Origin: a virus
Lineage: Duplodnaviria > Caudoviricetes
Virus record (IMG/VR): IMGVR_UViG_3300036846_000162
Span: 1-54,904 of that record
Strand: one strand, 5' to 3'
Length of the DNA stretch: 54,904 nt
Below, piece by piece: positions 12,001 to 19,041 of the stretch. The notes beneath the pieces were generated by a model that did not search any database, was not told the DNA's origin, and saw only the letters and a list, made by a program, of their open reading frames with translations. Numbering within the stretch: position 1 is the first letter of the stretch; each line of letters starts with the position of its first letter. The position numbers and the translations under genes were made by a program.

Positions 12001-12675
12001 TTCCAGAAGTTCTTAGCTAGTAAGAAGATGCCTGATGGAAAGAATATGTTAGATAGGTTTGTAGAACTTATTAAGCAGACTCTACAGGCTATAGGAGTAA
12101 ACTTTGAAACTAATACAGCGGCAGCACAAGCTATGGACTCCATACTTACTTTCATAAAGGAAGAGAACCAAGCAACAGAACAAGGACCAGCAGGAGATGA
12201 TCTAACAGCAGCCTTCAATCAACAGGCATGGGAAGAAGGTGGCTTTGGAGACCCTGATGAAAATGGTGTAATAGGGTATGATGATGAGGGTAATCCTCTA
12301 TATAAGGACTTCAGCCTATCTCCTAGCATAGAAGGACTATCAGTAGGTAATCCATTCACAGGTAAGTATACTAAAGGAACTATAAATGATAAGGAGAAGG
12401 TAGTAAATGAAGCTCTTACTAATGGTGAGATAGAAAGAGTAAGTGATGATGAGTATAAGTATAAAGGAGTTAGCTATACAAGCCTTGAGGATGTAGGTAA
12501 AGTACTCCTAAAGGATAAGCTACATAACCTTGAGTTTAATGGAGTACCAGTAGATAGTAAACCAGAGGGTAATAGCAGGGAAGAGATAGCAAAGTATAAC
12601 GAAGATATTCCAAAAGTCCAGGAAGGAGAGTTCCCTGGAAAGAAATTAGAAATAAGAGAAGAAAACTGTAGATAA
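1..12675 (+). CDS. Giant virion-associated RNA polymerase polyprotein (crAss-like vRNAP) with C-terminal zincin-like domain; 5'-truncated
   Basis: Frame is open from base 1, so the 133 ATG is probably internal. Catalytic DxDxD motif GLDFDVDK (DFDVDK at 8878-8895) is preceded by FRIPSSG. DAQEY and YIKSS-type motifs are typical of crAss-like RNAPs. HEVVH (11728-11742) plus a later 'INEFMT' give a zincin signature. Confidence 0.9.
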   Translation, partial: ARQTFDQTKEELAGLVNPDGTRKYTDQQVDQFSRAGAEKDFHYNMAMLPLDILSYSAMTFNPISGEAEGMMERGLEKLAGLYGESKLGKAAGWLTTKSLALQSEGIEEGFQDFAQKEGQHYAEVLGGMDDGKSFSQRLGAEVSGSDFWNNYLGGVIGEPLVGGIMEAVNRTERGLKQKAINSVYQKFTSNVGKLDNDTAVKIKQLQAAGNDIQAANMRMNFNVNKTLKALMMDSVSNRDEAYNAHMANRQGLLAELENGKTDGLIDLGHPDSTEASRDIIKSELKQQIADSATIKNIYDDVKSKYNRNFVMKVTSQKFYLQRMLEEMPDIDKSIRDAYSNDANYNSLSAHGKQLADTQYQLAALKNYKNNLSENIKYTTDVDEKQHREDMLDNINKRIDDLVNTHEQIQEDENYNDKDKESDNAALTEMHINPNKDLFWGLSNKVEGDGEIQLGRKDLALWGKDEYVERARNKVFDNALVESEITDAMQEIKSSKISMFEKIGQKGKVAVRAVTSKITSGQRARAEARAEQIKVEQAETAKKNQIVTDTADELKDKENNPVEESEYTANLVQLADMLGSVDMAHVDTASAPPPLSDVLNAPGAVMTFSLSPSVKDADGKEATQEQKNSIRDQVAGLINRMGNPTGNFEDLARDVLKKDGEATTKHVWNLLAYGWEANGKAPADYNAIYNSIFSNHVAELVRIQKELTEQGSKAQELVDQNQWEESGIVNSFNPPGEGGTTGQSHTYNTGVTSRSDPKGQFSTFMVHTKVTETQDGKEVLVDRHFTGAEGMNNKWINSAVLLGDKSRPGMKTIIKVPKDYNSVPVAVFGTDGNYVTFIPFGQYISERFPVDRNTWTAEQEQEYRDKLPMIHYPVGFDNGGKGIMQVHDTGWYHKVRFDEGSPEEMQKAIENVRAIREEVIASWDNDKGKNEVPATVTNVIQTTFDPLKIVVGGGVQGMTLMEANPETTLGLVMDSLDSKDIIIKPGEKFHSSDRILLNSKPQDAIGRIVDIRKFGMKDGVPTYVAFKVTRPKLGKEAKTTVQQLLQYWATRKSGNKDVRDKNNKIKQAVEGLSGFDLSVLNTGFDFNSYLSHFVYVDTLSKKVKGAVRETQDVAKAIHKIATDTLPVGTPYMQSEKYRIIIGQAGIGETGTELWSKENDAAQEAEMMKNLDKLKNTPVTIPEKRRSPDGTEGVVQTKYNSIFDWYEQNLNMKNIAKNRAIVHINEEGKASQAPGGATYTDYLKNNLRTNVKSLNIGTAEKPEWVTNAQPTVTYETDSRLKKMADRSKSDAQVKKDIVDSEEKKPTRGTKLDDALATARTKALNEQLSDLEARYYDLPEGLSENEKADINDRIENGDKEAIKKYTKRILNSEDLKKAQEAYDKGNFVMDEDGETSPKDLEAAALRNASMVTVGNTDMEYDSPEDLFKEYRNGDVEPDFMEAAEERLKEYGLLHLVNYNPNQLELFGEEEGQAKPTTETEVKKEEEEESPEDFLKRMNDFTKNDGGINGALLSPTVMTDAQAKVVENSLTKIAGLSPQEQFETLDFLSNEIIPTIEANGGDISKAEVDKIVQDRFNELLGERAKVAEAEIKKAIAYAEKYPDKAQAFNQMIARLQNTITKISDVGASMDKLMELAYREAKKSSNIKMTKERLQDSIEDDEDRDESGTDDGESEEKRERAFGSEILSENPENKVTKKMRRFFARVIDTEADGTKKQGVFNLPVYVNKDVIVSFLQKMLADTPPSFDAKMGKLATLVETVPWIQEIIDRLKNTSEANKKVFTVCMDNSTTHMSFALVGFNKKTKRWYSKVKSTISAGAVESLRDGWRQNFMSDSSLVQNDAEGDPRIVTDKANQLIQKYRDWKGYDLPTMNASYEDFWKKGIETLKKPNESLNIVPKGAMLDELKSKLKEGEKGKVSIKAGSYIIKDMGKGMYNIRRESEMIGDTKGETMTRMDEFLRAFGITVKPQTLATLYDNGLYHNTRRISPGGLFYSGGADKAGKTNGLFGVLYNNLISLAKNPDTILDEDSQSPLDDTVIESLANLDARYRSDVGPKAFRDGGENYYTVTARKYITDRAIDLVGEDSEMRDTLAKMSFSQHSFLLSLLSDDADTKAKIDKIRAKLQTEQTAENRKQLEADLENAIKNTFRGKFKIAHLGKTAIKQQGKKRMGDNSISAISEVSHEMAKMGFFSDMTQGSVKNNMGLNNYPDSTIPIRVGTMFSPTMSDKTMMTLLTTALLDLGREHLMGDNGQMSQQLVNIIYSQVVKPEIARMLGRASAKASNVENYDEGAFKFYFLTNLNDLTYGEAKLTNLLRTSDTFTTLESVENDSTIMNAIHQSIRDYVEKLSNDKVAKWDKMDNLTKYFDADYVNNEKFEGTDVEKKKQMAMDYVINSMISTANSFMLFGGDPAMYYKDNINKSLINIGKRLANQIAPGAAIAESVGDRYIQLFLKDRKSVAGNIAYINKLYGEGSYEAKQYSSIEASDAQEYTTWKEHLDVLSRLGKTNDYLLDVSQEDIDEAGKLFADPDKYPEESWTEKQREIVNKVTQPMKPVYTYQIPDMEGDFMRTVYIKSSSFPLVPQLTKGMHIDKLRIKMEQLQAPAEKGGLGKNVRASYGTANKVGAITNPSTIWKKDGSIDEDALDKIGESSLEMRREGFRIQQDIPFKTEKNREDRVTLGTQMMKLLFGDEIINATGFNYKGEPMDGRALHQQYTDTISKFVDLKQKQLFDELGLDKIGEPIDKVKTFGKLQKMLQEEADKRDYPLQDIEGLKLIQNPDGTHSFNLPLWISTSSNRYESMLNSIVTNRMVKIKMPGAGYVVGSPEGFIREKVAEEDIDKVLTPEQRSQIIFTSAWNNKELQGQTEEMKDGKTKIKKAQIFVASKLRTPGGDLVDLFQKKDGKYVYLKETNRGFELNEDMFDKDVLSMFTFRIPSSGLQSGTSVEIAGFLPHSVGDLMIVPSNFTKQKGLDFDVDKEQGYSYWTHTDKDGKILRLREEHRNRILKEVDDELKKGKTGELIAKYKEAKGIEKNRAKKVLDQYIASSKFINSLFPDGIKYTEEDFENNKFLANINDQITEKLLQNDIIEVMHSVYSNDNPNLQRKMNKVLNTKEAEGEADYIQGLQGQTQAKGVSYDTILSDEYQKGKLMSGSSGKTGTGAYSLDLVFHSLLQQAYDKSSKDNVRLQKYGKNKTATAFAMRFGRVSSDGTFGRHRTLGVDGRDGDRSITEGLSERQNMAVDNEKLQIMGLLGVDKETMIVDKVLSLLGFDKGEDGHNISFLFLSQPVIKRFNELLRNANSVVAKFDPNVEQKILTKIMGEFNFRMSDMGIDKSAQMSTENMGKAISDGGVDGGLQAAVLKRFIELRAYGYAMMKAQSTLNFKNNSLGRSYFEVLDKNENLGNLLNIEAKDPGTKSSLGTISNLDRLVGEYNTSGGEGFIKVGGDSYIKPTTYIGKMNVMSTVTAVNLWSDYFPYNSFSMRRLFDEIIPQVGNGDNMSATKKVELKQEIFRHLKKYLNTGDTGIVGSSDNVNAERFRLMMDSNGNTSLSSYVKALMQSEDPIVKHYIKSNKLFERLTFTKGDTTKPSTIMYNNAAGEEYDEEYLYQTFSSMLAARDKDGNRIKLPPIGNKEYTVDTLAQDMVAYSMLAASTQQATEFVKYVPMAYLEAIGYTQKMRDLNDSFDNMDTGQILVGEQGPNGEKNAVSAFTMQYLQHNPNRVKYKVDIDDVGTELEGIKLNKDSQEIESFTALSSQDTPDFVSIYNPNIRGEKKFMLFYNDGNKYVRISVLGTYNMDEYDARNNGIGNTIMSLQTNNVAQFYPARRTQTQTFQETGDRFGVSSNDVSTVVGNIVNSELGNMSALAAELSPHISSINGIQYADTYTDHTGKVITNFDGVYDYIDNKIYISSKTSPKMTVDVLASKVMHEVVHGVTMNQFQKYIERKEANGEVKLTADAPIYVQNIARIYNQLRAEEGDAKLAAVRAKVGKQDLTGDEYNTYGLTDINEFMTMALTHKDFQKFLASKKMPDGKNMLDRFVELIKQTLQAIGVNFETNTAAAQAMDSILTFIKEENQATEQGPAGDDLTAAFNQQAWEEGGFGDPDENGVIGYDDEGNPLYKDFSLSPSIEGLSVGNPFTGKYTKGTINDKEKVVNEALTNGEIERVSDDEYKYKGVSYTSLEDVGKVLLKDKLHNLEFNGVPVDSKPEGNSREEIAKYNEDIPKVQEGEFPGKKLEIREENCR

Positions 12676-15600
12676 TGACATGTAAACTAGATGCAAGGAA
12701 GTCTATACTCGATAGAGTAATGGATGAACTAAGAGATGGTCAACATGAGTTCTTAAGAACTGACACAGATACTATCAGGGTTATAGGTGCTAAGAATAAT
12801 GAGACTGCATTCAGGTTAGCAAGGGATATGGTACTACAAGCTAACAGATCTTTCAATGGACACGTTACTGGCTTCATAGACCAGATCAGTAAGTATGACC
12901 CAGTGACTATTACCTTTAAGCCTAGTGATAGGTATGTAGACCATGTATATGATGGAGTAAAGGTACAACAGAAGTATCCTAATCCTGTGCAGGCAGACAT
13001 ACAGGAGACCTATGATGCTAATGAGACTGGACCTAATACCAATGGTATACTGTTATCACCTACCATAGTTAATCAGGGAATAACTAAGAACTTCTATGAT
13101 ACTAGAGTAGCATTATTGAACAGTTACTTTGATAGACTAAGTGTAGTAAAGAATCAGAAGGAGTCAGTAAGTAGAAGGACAGACTTGACTCAGGTAAGAA
13201 AGCAGGAGATGCTAACAGAGCTAGGTAAGAAGCAGAGGTATATTAACAAGCTTATCTATGGTGACAGTACTAAGAATATAAAGGGATTAAAAGAAGATCT
13301 TCAAGACTTAGCATCAGTAGCTGATGTAGCTGCGGTATCTCCATATGTGGAAGCAGAGCTAGCTAGGATAGAGCAGCTAGTGAACTCAAATGATATAGAT
13401 GATTTGAGGGAGGCTGATGGGCTGATAGACTTCTATCGTAGGGCAGGTATATTTGATTGGAACCAACCTGATATAAACCCTATGCTTAGTAGAGCACAGA
13501 TATTTAAGACAGACCCCAATACAGGAGAGCTTACTCCAGAGATAGCAAATCCTATCGTAGAAGCACAGTTTAAAGAGTGGGCTAGTAGAGCTTCTAACAA
13601 TAGGAATAGGCTTAATAAGAAGTATGATGAGTACCTTGTAGAGACAGTCAACTCTAATCCATTAGTACAAAAGGCATTTGGTACTAAGCTATCGTTAAAC
13701 GAGATAACGAGTGCATTAGAAGGACTACCAGATACGGATGTTATATCTATGTGGGTTACTGATGTTACTAGTGGTATCTTCTCACACAATGGAGTACTAC
13801 CACAGGTAATGTTTGCTGAACTACAGAGAGCAATGGAAGAGAAGCAGCAAATATCAAGGAGGATAGCTAGGGAGATAGATGATATAATTCCTGAAGTAGA
13901 GAAGTCTTTAAGTACTCTTGATGGAGGTAAGCACACACTAAGGGGTGCAGGTATCCTAGGGCAAAAGGGGGTAGTATATACTATCTTTAAAGACAAAACT
14001 AAAGATGGTAATGAAACTGGTGGTCTTATAAGAAGGTTTAGCAGTGAGTATAACTCTGATGAGGTTGATAAAGTAAGAGAGTTTGATAAGGCTATGAGGT
14101 CTGGTAGTAGTACAGGAAATAGGAGAAGAGGTATAGATAATTATAGTGAGTGGAGAAGGCAGCATAGTCTTATCCTAGACCTTACTAAGATACCAGAGAT
14201 AGCTAGTGATAGTGCCTATGATGAGTTCAATGCCGCAGGAGATACTGCTTATGTCTCTCAACTCAAGTCAGTATTAGGAGAGAAGGGATACAATGAAGAG
14301 GTAGATAAGATGAAGAACCTTCTTAATAAGTATCTAGCAGCAAAGGAAGGAATTATTGATGGGTTATTAGACGAAGAGAACGTACAAGATGTACAAGACC
14401 TTTCCAATCATTCATTAGATAAGCTACAAAAGTGGGAGAACTGGAATAATCCTGTAAGAGGAGTAGAACATTACAACAGTGCTGGTGGTAGGATAGTTAA
14501 CAAGAAGATAGAGCAGCATGGTATGACATATAATAGCTTCATACCTAGGCAGGATAATGTAAACATACAGTATAGTTCTAAGAATAATAACTGGACTGCC
14601 ACACCTACAGGTGCATCTACAGGGTATTACAATGAGGATTTTAAAAAGATAGAGAAGGATGATGCACTGTACAAGTTCTATAATTTAGCAAAGGAATCTT
14701 GTGAACTGATAAGAGATAACACTCCTTATGAGATACAGCAAGAGATGCCTGCATACACCTTAATGTCTTTACGTAAGACATCAGCAGAGATGCTGCTTGA
14801 TAAGAACCTAGCAGGTATGTCTATGTTATCAGAGGCTCATCAGAACATGATGGATAACATAAGGGGTGCTTTTGGTGTTATGGAACAGTCAGGAATATCT
14901 AATGCTAACTTAGATATAAATGGTAGACCTAATTATACAGTAGAAGATAGTTTCCTACGCTCACATCTAGGAGCAATAAATAGAGAGAAGCTTATACAGA
15001 ATACTAACTTCTCTAATGCTTGGAACAATAATCTTATAGGTAATAACCAGGCTATGGATGTTAATCAAAGGACAGAGATAGCCTTAAGAGACCCACAAAC
15101 AGGGCAGCTTAACTTCAATACAGAGACTCTAAGATTGCTAGCAGAGTTTACCCATACAGATATATCAGATGCAGACATAATTGCAGGAAGGATAGCAGTC
15201 CTTGAGAATAAGATAGGTCAGATGGTAAAGGTAGGTAAGATTATAGGTGACTATGCACAGCATACAATAGTACAGTCACAGTCCTTTGACTTACCTAAGA
15301 TACTAAAGCTCTTCACACATCTTACCATGGAGTATGCTGCAAGGCAGGAAGTACTACCAAAGGTAGAGTTGATGAAGAAGTACTATGATGGTATCAGACA
15401 GCCAGAGACTAACAATATATCTAAACCTATACTCAACAAGGTAAATGGTACATTCCAAAAGGATACCCTAAGACCTAGAGCTATGCTACAGATGGCTAGT
15501 CAGTTTGATAGAACATTTCTAGGAAAAGTAGGAGAGAAGCACTTAGGAGAATGGGGTAAGGAGACTAAGACATTAACACCGGCAGCAGAGACTAAGATTA

Positions 15601-17597
15601 ATACCAAGATAGCAGAGTTAGACAGGAAGATAGAGAATCTACCTGCTAATTCACCTGAAGCAGCAAGGTTAAAGAGGGATAAGCACAAGCTATATGCTAG
15701 TAAACTAATACCTAGGTTTGGTACTAAGATATACTCATCAGAAGAGAAGGTTAAGTTGGGAGAGTTACAAGAACTCAAAGAAAAGAATCCTACTGCTCCC
15801 ATAGTGGAGGATTTAGAAAAGCAGATGAAGGGGTTAGGAAAAACTAGGACAGGATCAGCTTTCCTTAATAACTTCTTGAGCTTTATTAATGTACTGAAGT
15901 TAGGTTACAATGTAGGTTCAGGTGTTACCAACTACCTTGAAGGGCTAGTAAGTAACATGACATTAGCTAGTCAGTATGGTATGAATGAGGAGATATTCCC
16001 TGCCTATAAGATAATGAGAGCTAGTAGGATGAAGAACATATCTACTAAACTTATAAGCAAGGACAGTGTAGCATATAAGACTAGGGCATTAGCAGATATG
16101 TTCAATGTAGTAGTAGATAGTAGGAGTGACCTGCAGAAATCCTCACGTAAGAGCTTCAGTAATAAGCTAGAGTGGTTAAGATGGTCAGCACTCAATCAGA
16201 GGGTAGAGTATGTTAATCAAGGAGTTCTCATGATAGCATCACTACGCTCTACAAAGATAAAAGGTATAGATGCTAGTGGCAATGAGGTAGAGAGTAGTGT
16301 ATGGGATGCTTACAACAATGATGGTAGTCTTAAGGATGAGTTCAGGGTTAAACCAGGACAGACTTATACACAAGACCAAGAGGATATGCTTAAGGGTAAT
16401 GTACATAACTGGGAGAACCTATCAGGAGACCAGTACAATATCTTTAAGTCTACCCTAGACAACATGATAATAAGAGGTCATGGTAATTACTCACAGATGA
16501 GAGGTATGTTAGCTAAGACTGGTTGGCAGAAGATATTCCTTATGTTTAAGACATACTTACCAGAAGCATTAGCATGGAGGTTTGCTAAGGAGAGACCAGA
16601 TATATTGTCAGGAGAAAAAAGTGTCAAGGGAAGATATAGAAGCTACACCCCAGGAGCAGCTGCATTGCATGGTGCAGTTCTTGGGGCAGCTTCCTTTGGT
16701 TTTGTAGGTCTAGGAGTAGGAGCAGCAGCAGGGTACATAGCAGCAAGGATAGGTAACAGAGGAATAAGTACAGGTACTTCTGCTATCAAAGATATGTTAC
16801 AAACAGGTAAAGCTTTAGCTCTTAAGGCAATAGGTATGCCGATAAATATGACAGCAGGAAGAGAGATAGTAAAGGATACTAACTATTATGATAGCTTGGT
16901 AAATGGTACTAGCTTTACTACACAGGATGCACAGAATTTAAAGGCTAATGTAGCAGACATAGCAATGCAACTTACATGGTTGCTAGGGATACTAGTACTC
17001 AAAGGATTACTATGGGATGATGATGATAAGCCAGATGATACAGAGAGAATAGCACATAACATAGCCGTCAACAAGTTGATGCAGTTAAGCACACAGGCAG
17101 CAGCATATACCTCTCTGTCTGGTATTTACAACTCTACGATAGGTAGTATAGGACTTGTGAAGTTCTATGATGATTGTACTAAGGAGATAACGGCTACTGA
17201 GAAGATATTTCAGGGTGATGATGTGATAACGACAGGAAAGAATGCAGGAGAAAGCAGAGTATGGAATGGTGCTAAGAGGTTACTACTACCTGGTATCTTT
17301 AAGGATAGGTTAGGAGGATTTGCTCAAGATGCAGCAAAGGTATACACAGAGAGTCCTTTCCAACCTTACTTTAGGGGTGAGGCATACAAGGATGAGAAAA
17401 GAAATAAGGGTTTAAGAGCAGAGAGAAGAAAGGAATTAGAAGATGATCCAGGAATAAAGGCAATAGAAGACGATCATGAAAGGGATAAGGAAATTAAGAA
17501 GACACTGGACTATGAGCTACCTTCACCTACTCGTCTAAAGAAGATGGGTTACACTCGCGACCAGTACGAACAGCAAGTCTTACCAAATGAGGATTAG
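12675..17597 (+). CDS. Large virion cargo/ejection protein with membrane-spanning segments
   Basis: 1640 aa, translationally coupled (TAATG) to the vRNAP gene. Hydrophobic/Gly-rich stretches GAVLGAASFGFVGLGVGAAAGYIAA and WLLGILVLKGLLW. Position next to vRNAP is typical of crAss-like cargo genes. Confidence 0.7.
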   Translation: MTCKLDARKSILDRVMDELRDGQHEFLRTDTDTIRVIGAKNNETAFRLARDMVLQANRSFNGHVTGFIDQISKYDPVTITFKPSDRYVDHVYDGVKVQQKYPNPVQADIQETYDANETGPNTNGILLSPTIVNQGITKNFYDTRVALLNSYFDRLSVVKNQKESVSRRTDLTQVRKQEMLTELGKKQRYINKLIYGDSTKNIKGLKEDLQDLASVADVAAVSPYVEAELARIEQLVNSNDIDDLREADGLIDFYRRAGIFDWNQPDINPMLSRAQIFKTDPNTGELTPEIANPIVEAQFKEWASRASNNRNRLNKKYDEYLVETVNSNPLVQKAFGTKLSLNEITSALEGLPDTDVISMWVTDVTSGIFSHNGVLPQVMFAELQRAMEEKQQISRRIAREIDDIIPEVEKSLSTLDGGKHTLRGAGILGQKGVVYTIFKDKTKDGNETGGLIRRFSSEYNSDEVDKVREFDKAMRSGSSTGNRRRGIDNYSEWRRQHSLILDLTKIPEIASDSAYDEFNAAGDTAYVSQLKSVLGEKGYNEEVDKMKNLLNKYLAAKEGIIDGLLDEENVQDVQDLSNHSLDKLQKWENWNNPVRGVEHYNSAGGRIVNKKIEQHGMTYNSFIPRQDNVNIQYSSKNNNWTATPTGASTGYYNEDFKKIEKDDALYKFYNLAKESCELIRDNTPYEIQQEMPAYTLMSLRKTSAEMLLDKNLAGMSMLSEAHQNMMDNIRGAFGVMEQSGISNANLDINGRPNYTVEDSFLRSHLGAINREKLIQNTNFSNAWNNNLIGNNQAMDVNQRTEIALRDPQTGQLNFNTETLRLLAEFTHTDISDADIIAGRIAVLENKIGQMVKVGKIIGDYAQHTIVQSQSFDLPKILKLFTHLTMEYAARQEVLPKVELMKKYYDGIRQPETNNISKPILNKVNGTFQKDTLRPRAMLQMASQFDRTFLGKVGEKHLGEWGKETKTLTPAAETKINTKIAELDRKIENLPANSPEAARLKRDKHKLYASKLIPRFGTKIYSSEEKVKLGELQELKEKNPTAPIVEDLEKQMKGLGKTRTGSAFLNNFLSFINVLKLGYNVGSGVTNYLEGLVSNMTLASQYGMNEEIFPAYKIMRASRMKNISTKLISKDSVAYKTRALADMFNVVVDSRSDLQKSSRKSFSNKLEWLRWSALNQRVEYVNQGVLMIASLRSTKIKGIDASGNEVESSVWDAYNNDGSLKDEFRVKPGQTYTQDQEDMLKGNVHNWENLSGDQYNIFKSTLDNMIIRGHGNYSQMRGMLAKTGWQKIFLMFKTYLPEALAWRFAKERPDILSGEKSVKGRYRSYTPGAAALHGAVLGAASFGFVGLGVGAAAGYIAARIGNRGISTGTSAIKDMLQTGKALALKAIGMPINMTAGREIVKDTNYYDSLVNGTSFTTQDAQNLKANVADIAMQLTWLLGILVLKGLLWDDDDKPDDTERIAHNIAVNKLMQLSTQAAAYTSLSGIYNSTIGSIGLVKFYDDCTKEITATEKIFQGDDVITTGKNAGESRVWNGAKRLLLPGIFKDRLGGFAQDAAKVYTESPFQPYFRGEAYKDEKRNKGLRAERRKELEDDPGIKAIEDDHERDKEIKKTLDYELPSPTRLKKMGYTRDQYEQQVLPNED

Positions 17598-18186
17598 CAA
17601 GAGCAGCAGTACAGTAGTCTATATTCCTATTAATCATTGCTACTGCATTTAAAGCCTTCCTTGCATAGTCTTTCTCTGGTTCATATCTCTTGTTATATGT
17701 GTACCCTGCCTCAACCAGCTTCTCTATGAATAGTCTTGTATGTGAGCATACATGCATAGCATTAGCATACGCATAGTTATTCATTATACCCTCAAAATGT
17801 TCCATGATATTATCTATGGGCTTCTCATACTTCCTAAACCATTCCTTAACTATATACTTAAACTGTCCATCCTCTAATGGCATCACCTCTATGATCTCAG
17901 GGTAGCCTTTATACCCAGGACTATCATGTAGCCTTCTCCTCAACAGTAACTGTCTCTCCTTTATAGGTACAGTCTCATTTACTGGCTTCTCAAAGTACAT
18001 GTTGCCCCTCATATCCTCACCCCATCTACTTTCTACTGCTGCCATAGCCATTATAGCCATGTAAGATACACTATACCCTTTAGTTTTGAGTTTACCCTCA
18101 GCTTCCTGGGCTATAGGATACATAGTCATTATAAACTCTCTCTTATCCTTGGGTTCCTTAAAGTGATTCTTAGTTGTGTAACTCAT
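17527..18186 (-). CDS. GH73/FlgJ-like glucosaminidase-domain protein (putative peptidoglycan hydrolase)
   Basis: AMAAVESRWG...GNMYF and KLVEAGY...YARK resemble GH73 motifs (AQAALESGWG, NLFG, AGYATD). Confidence 0.6.
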   Translation of the reverse strand: MSYTTKNHFKEPKDKREFIMTMYPIAQEAEGKLKTKGYSVSYMAIMAMAAVESRWGEDMRGNMYFEKPVNETVPIKERQLLLRRRLHDSPGYKGYPEIIEVMPLEDGQFKYIVKEWFRKYEKPIDNIMEHFEGIMNNYAYANAMHVCSHTRLFIEKLVEAGYTYNKRYEPEKDYARKALNAVAMINRNIDYCTAALANPHLVRLAVRTGRECNPSSLDE

Positions 18187-18225
18187 ATATTAATTGCTTT
18201 TATCTTTTATCATATTAGCTGCCAT

Positions 18226-18483
18226 CTATCTTGCCATCATCAGTAGGTAGTATGTTTCTTTATCATTATCATACACACCTTGTAACTCTTCAGTAGTCAT
18301 CTTCCTTAACTGCCAATCATCTGTGACTACATTAATAGCTCCACAATAGAAGCATACTGCTAGGTTACCTGGAGATAGTGTATTCCTACCATTCTGTTCA
18401 CCTACACTAGTAAGACAGTCCTGCTTCTGTTTACAAGTAGGACATATCATGTCGTGATCTAGTCTAATTATTTGTTTATGCAT
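18226..18483 (-). CDS. Small zinc-finger-like protein
   Basis: CPTC...CFYC pairs; A-rich initiation region. Confidence 0.6.
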   Translation of the reverse strand: MHKQIIRLDHDMICPTCKQKQDCLTSVGEQNGRNTLSPGNLAVCFYCGAINVVTDDWQLRKMTTEELQGVYDNDKETYYLLMMAR

Positions 18484-18490
18484 ATAGTTG

Positions 18491-18667
18491 TTATTTAATG
18501 TTGTATCCTTTAGTTAATTCATGCATCTTCTTGAGACATATTTCTCTTGTCTCTTTAAGTGCACCTTCTAATAGCTCTATCTTCTTCTTATAGTAATTTC
18601 TCATACTAAATATTATATAAGTAAGAGATGCTATTGCTGTCAATAGGGTAAAAATTATCACCCTCAT
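18491..18667 (-). CDS. Small membrane-anchored hypothetical protein (58 aa, not in ORF track)
   Basis: AAGGAGG-N5-ATG; MRVIIFTLLTAIASLTYIIFSMRNYYKKK...; fills the intergenic gap. Confidence 0.6.
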   Translation of the reverse strand: MRVIIFTLLTAIASLTYIIFSMRNYYKKKIELLEGALKETREICLKKMHELTKGYNIK

Positions 18668-18801
18668 AAATTCCTCCTTTTTTACTTACACCCCCCACCC
18701 CCTTTTTATACCTGCTGCAATTTTTCATTTAAAGGTCAAGTGCTGCTTGCTATAAAATAGGGGGTTTGTAGTAACATATTATAAAATTCAATATCTGTTT
18801 T

Positions 18802-19041
18802 CTACGTACTTTCTTCTCCTTTCTCTTTATTATAGTTATAGTTGTTAAGACAAATGCAGAGATACTCCATTATCTTGTTATTTTCCTTTATCCACTCTTC
18901 ATGCCCTTTTTCAGGCATCATTTCTATCTCTTCTTCTGAAGGCATCATAGATTCTAGCCTTTTTTCATAGTATCCCTTTTCTATCTCCCAACCTATACCA
19001 GTAGCTACTCCTGATATGTAGATTACCTTGTACTTTTTCAT
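18802..19041 (-). CDS. Hypothetical protein
   Basis: ATGA-coupled to upstream gene in tightly packed - strand array. Confidence 0.6.
   Translation of the reverse strand: MKKYKVIYISGVATGIGWEIEKGYYEKRLESMMPSEEEIEMMPEKGHEEWIKENNKIMEYLCICLNNYNYNKEKGEEST

Noticed and set aside
1239-17092. Many - strand ORFs of 60-190 aa opposite the two giant genes
   Set aside because: Antisense shadows of purine-rich coding sequence (Ser/Leu/Ile-rich), with no motifs or initiation signals.
18684-18770. C-rich/G-rich tracts (ACACCCCCCACCCCC; ATAGGGGGTTTG) as further copies of the 18-bp motif
   Set aside because: They lack the G7-TTGA-AGG core; more likely a local hairpin or unrelated element.
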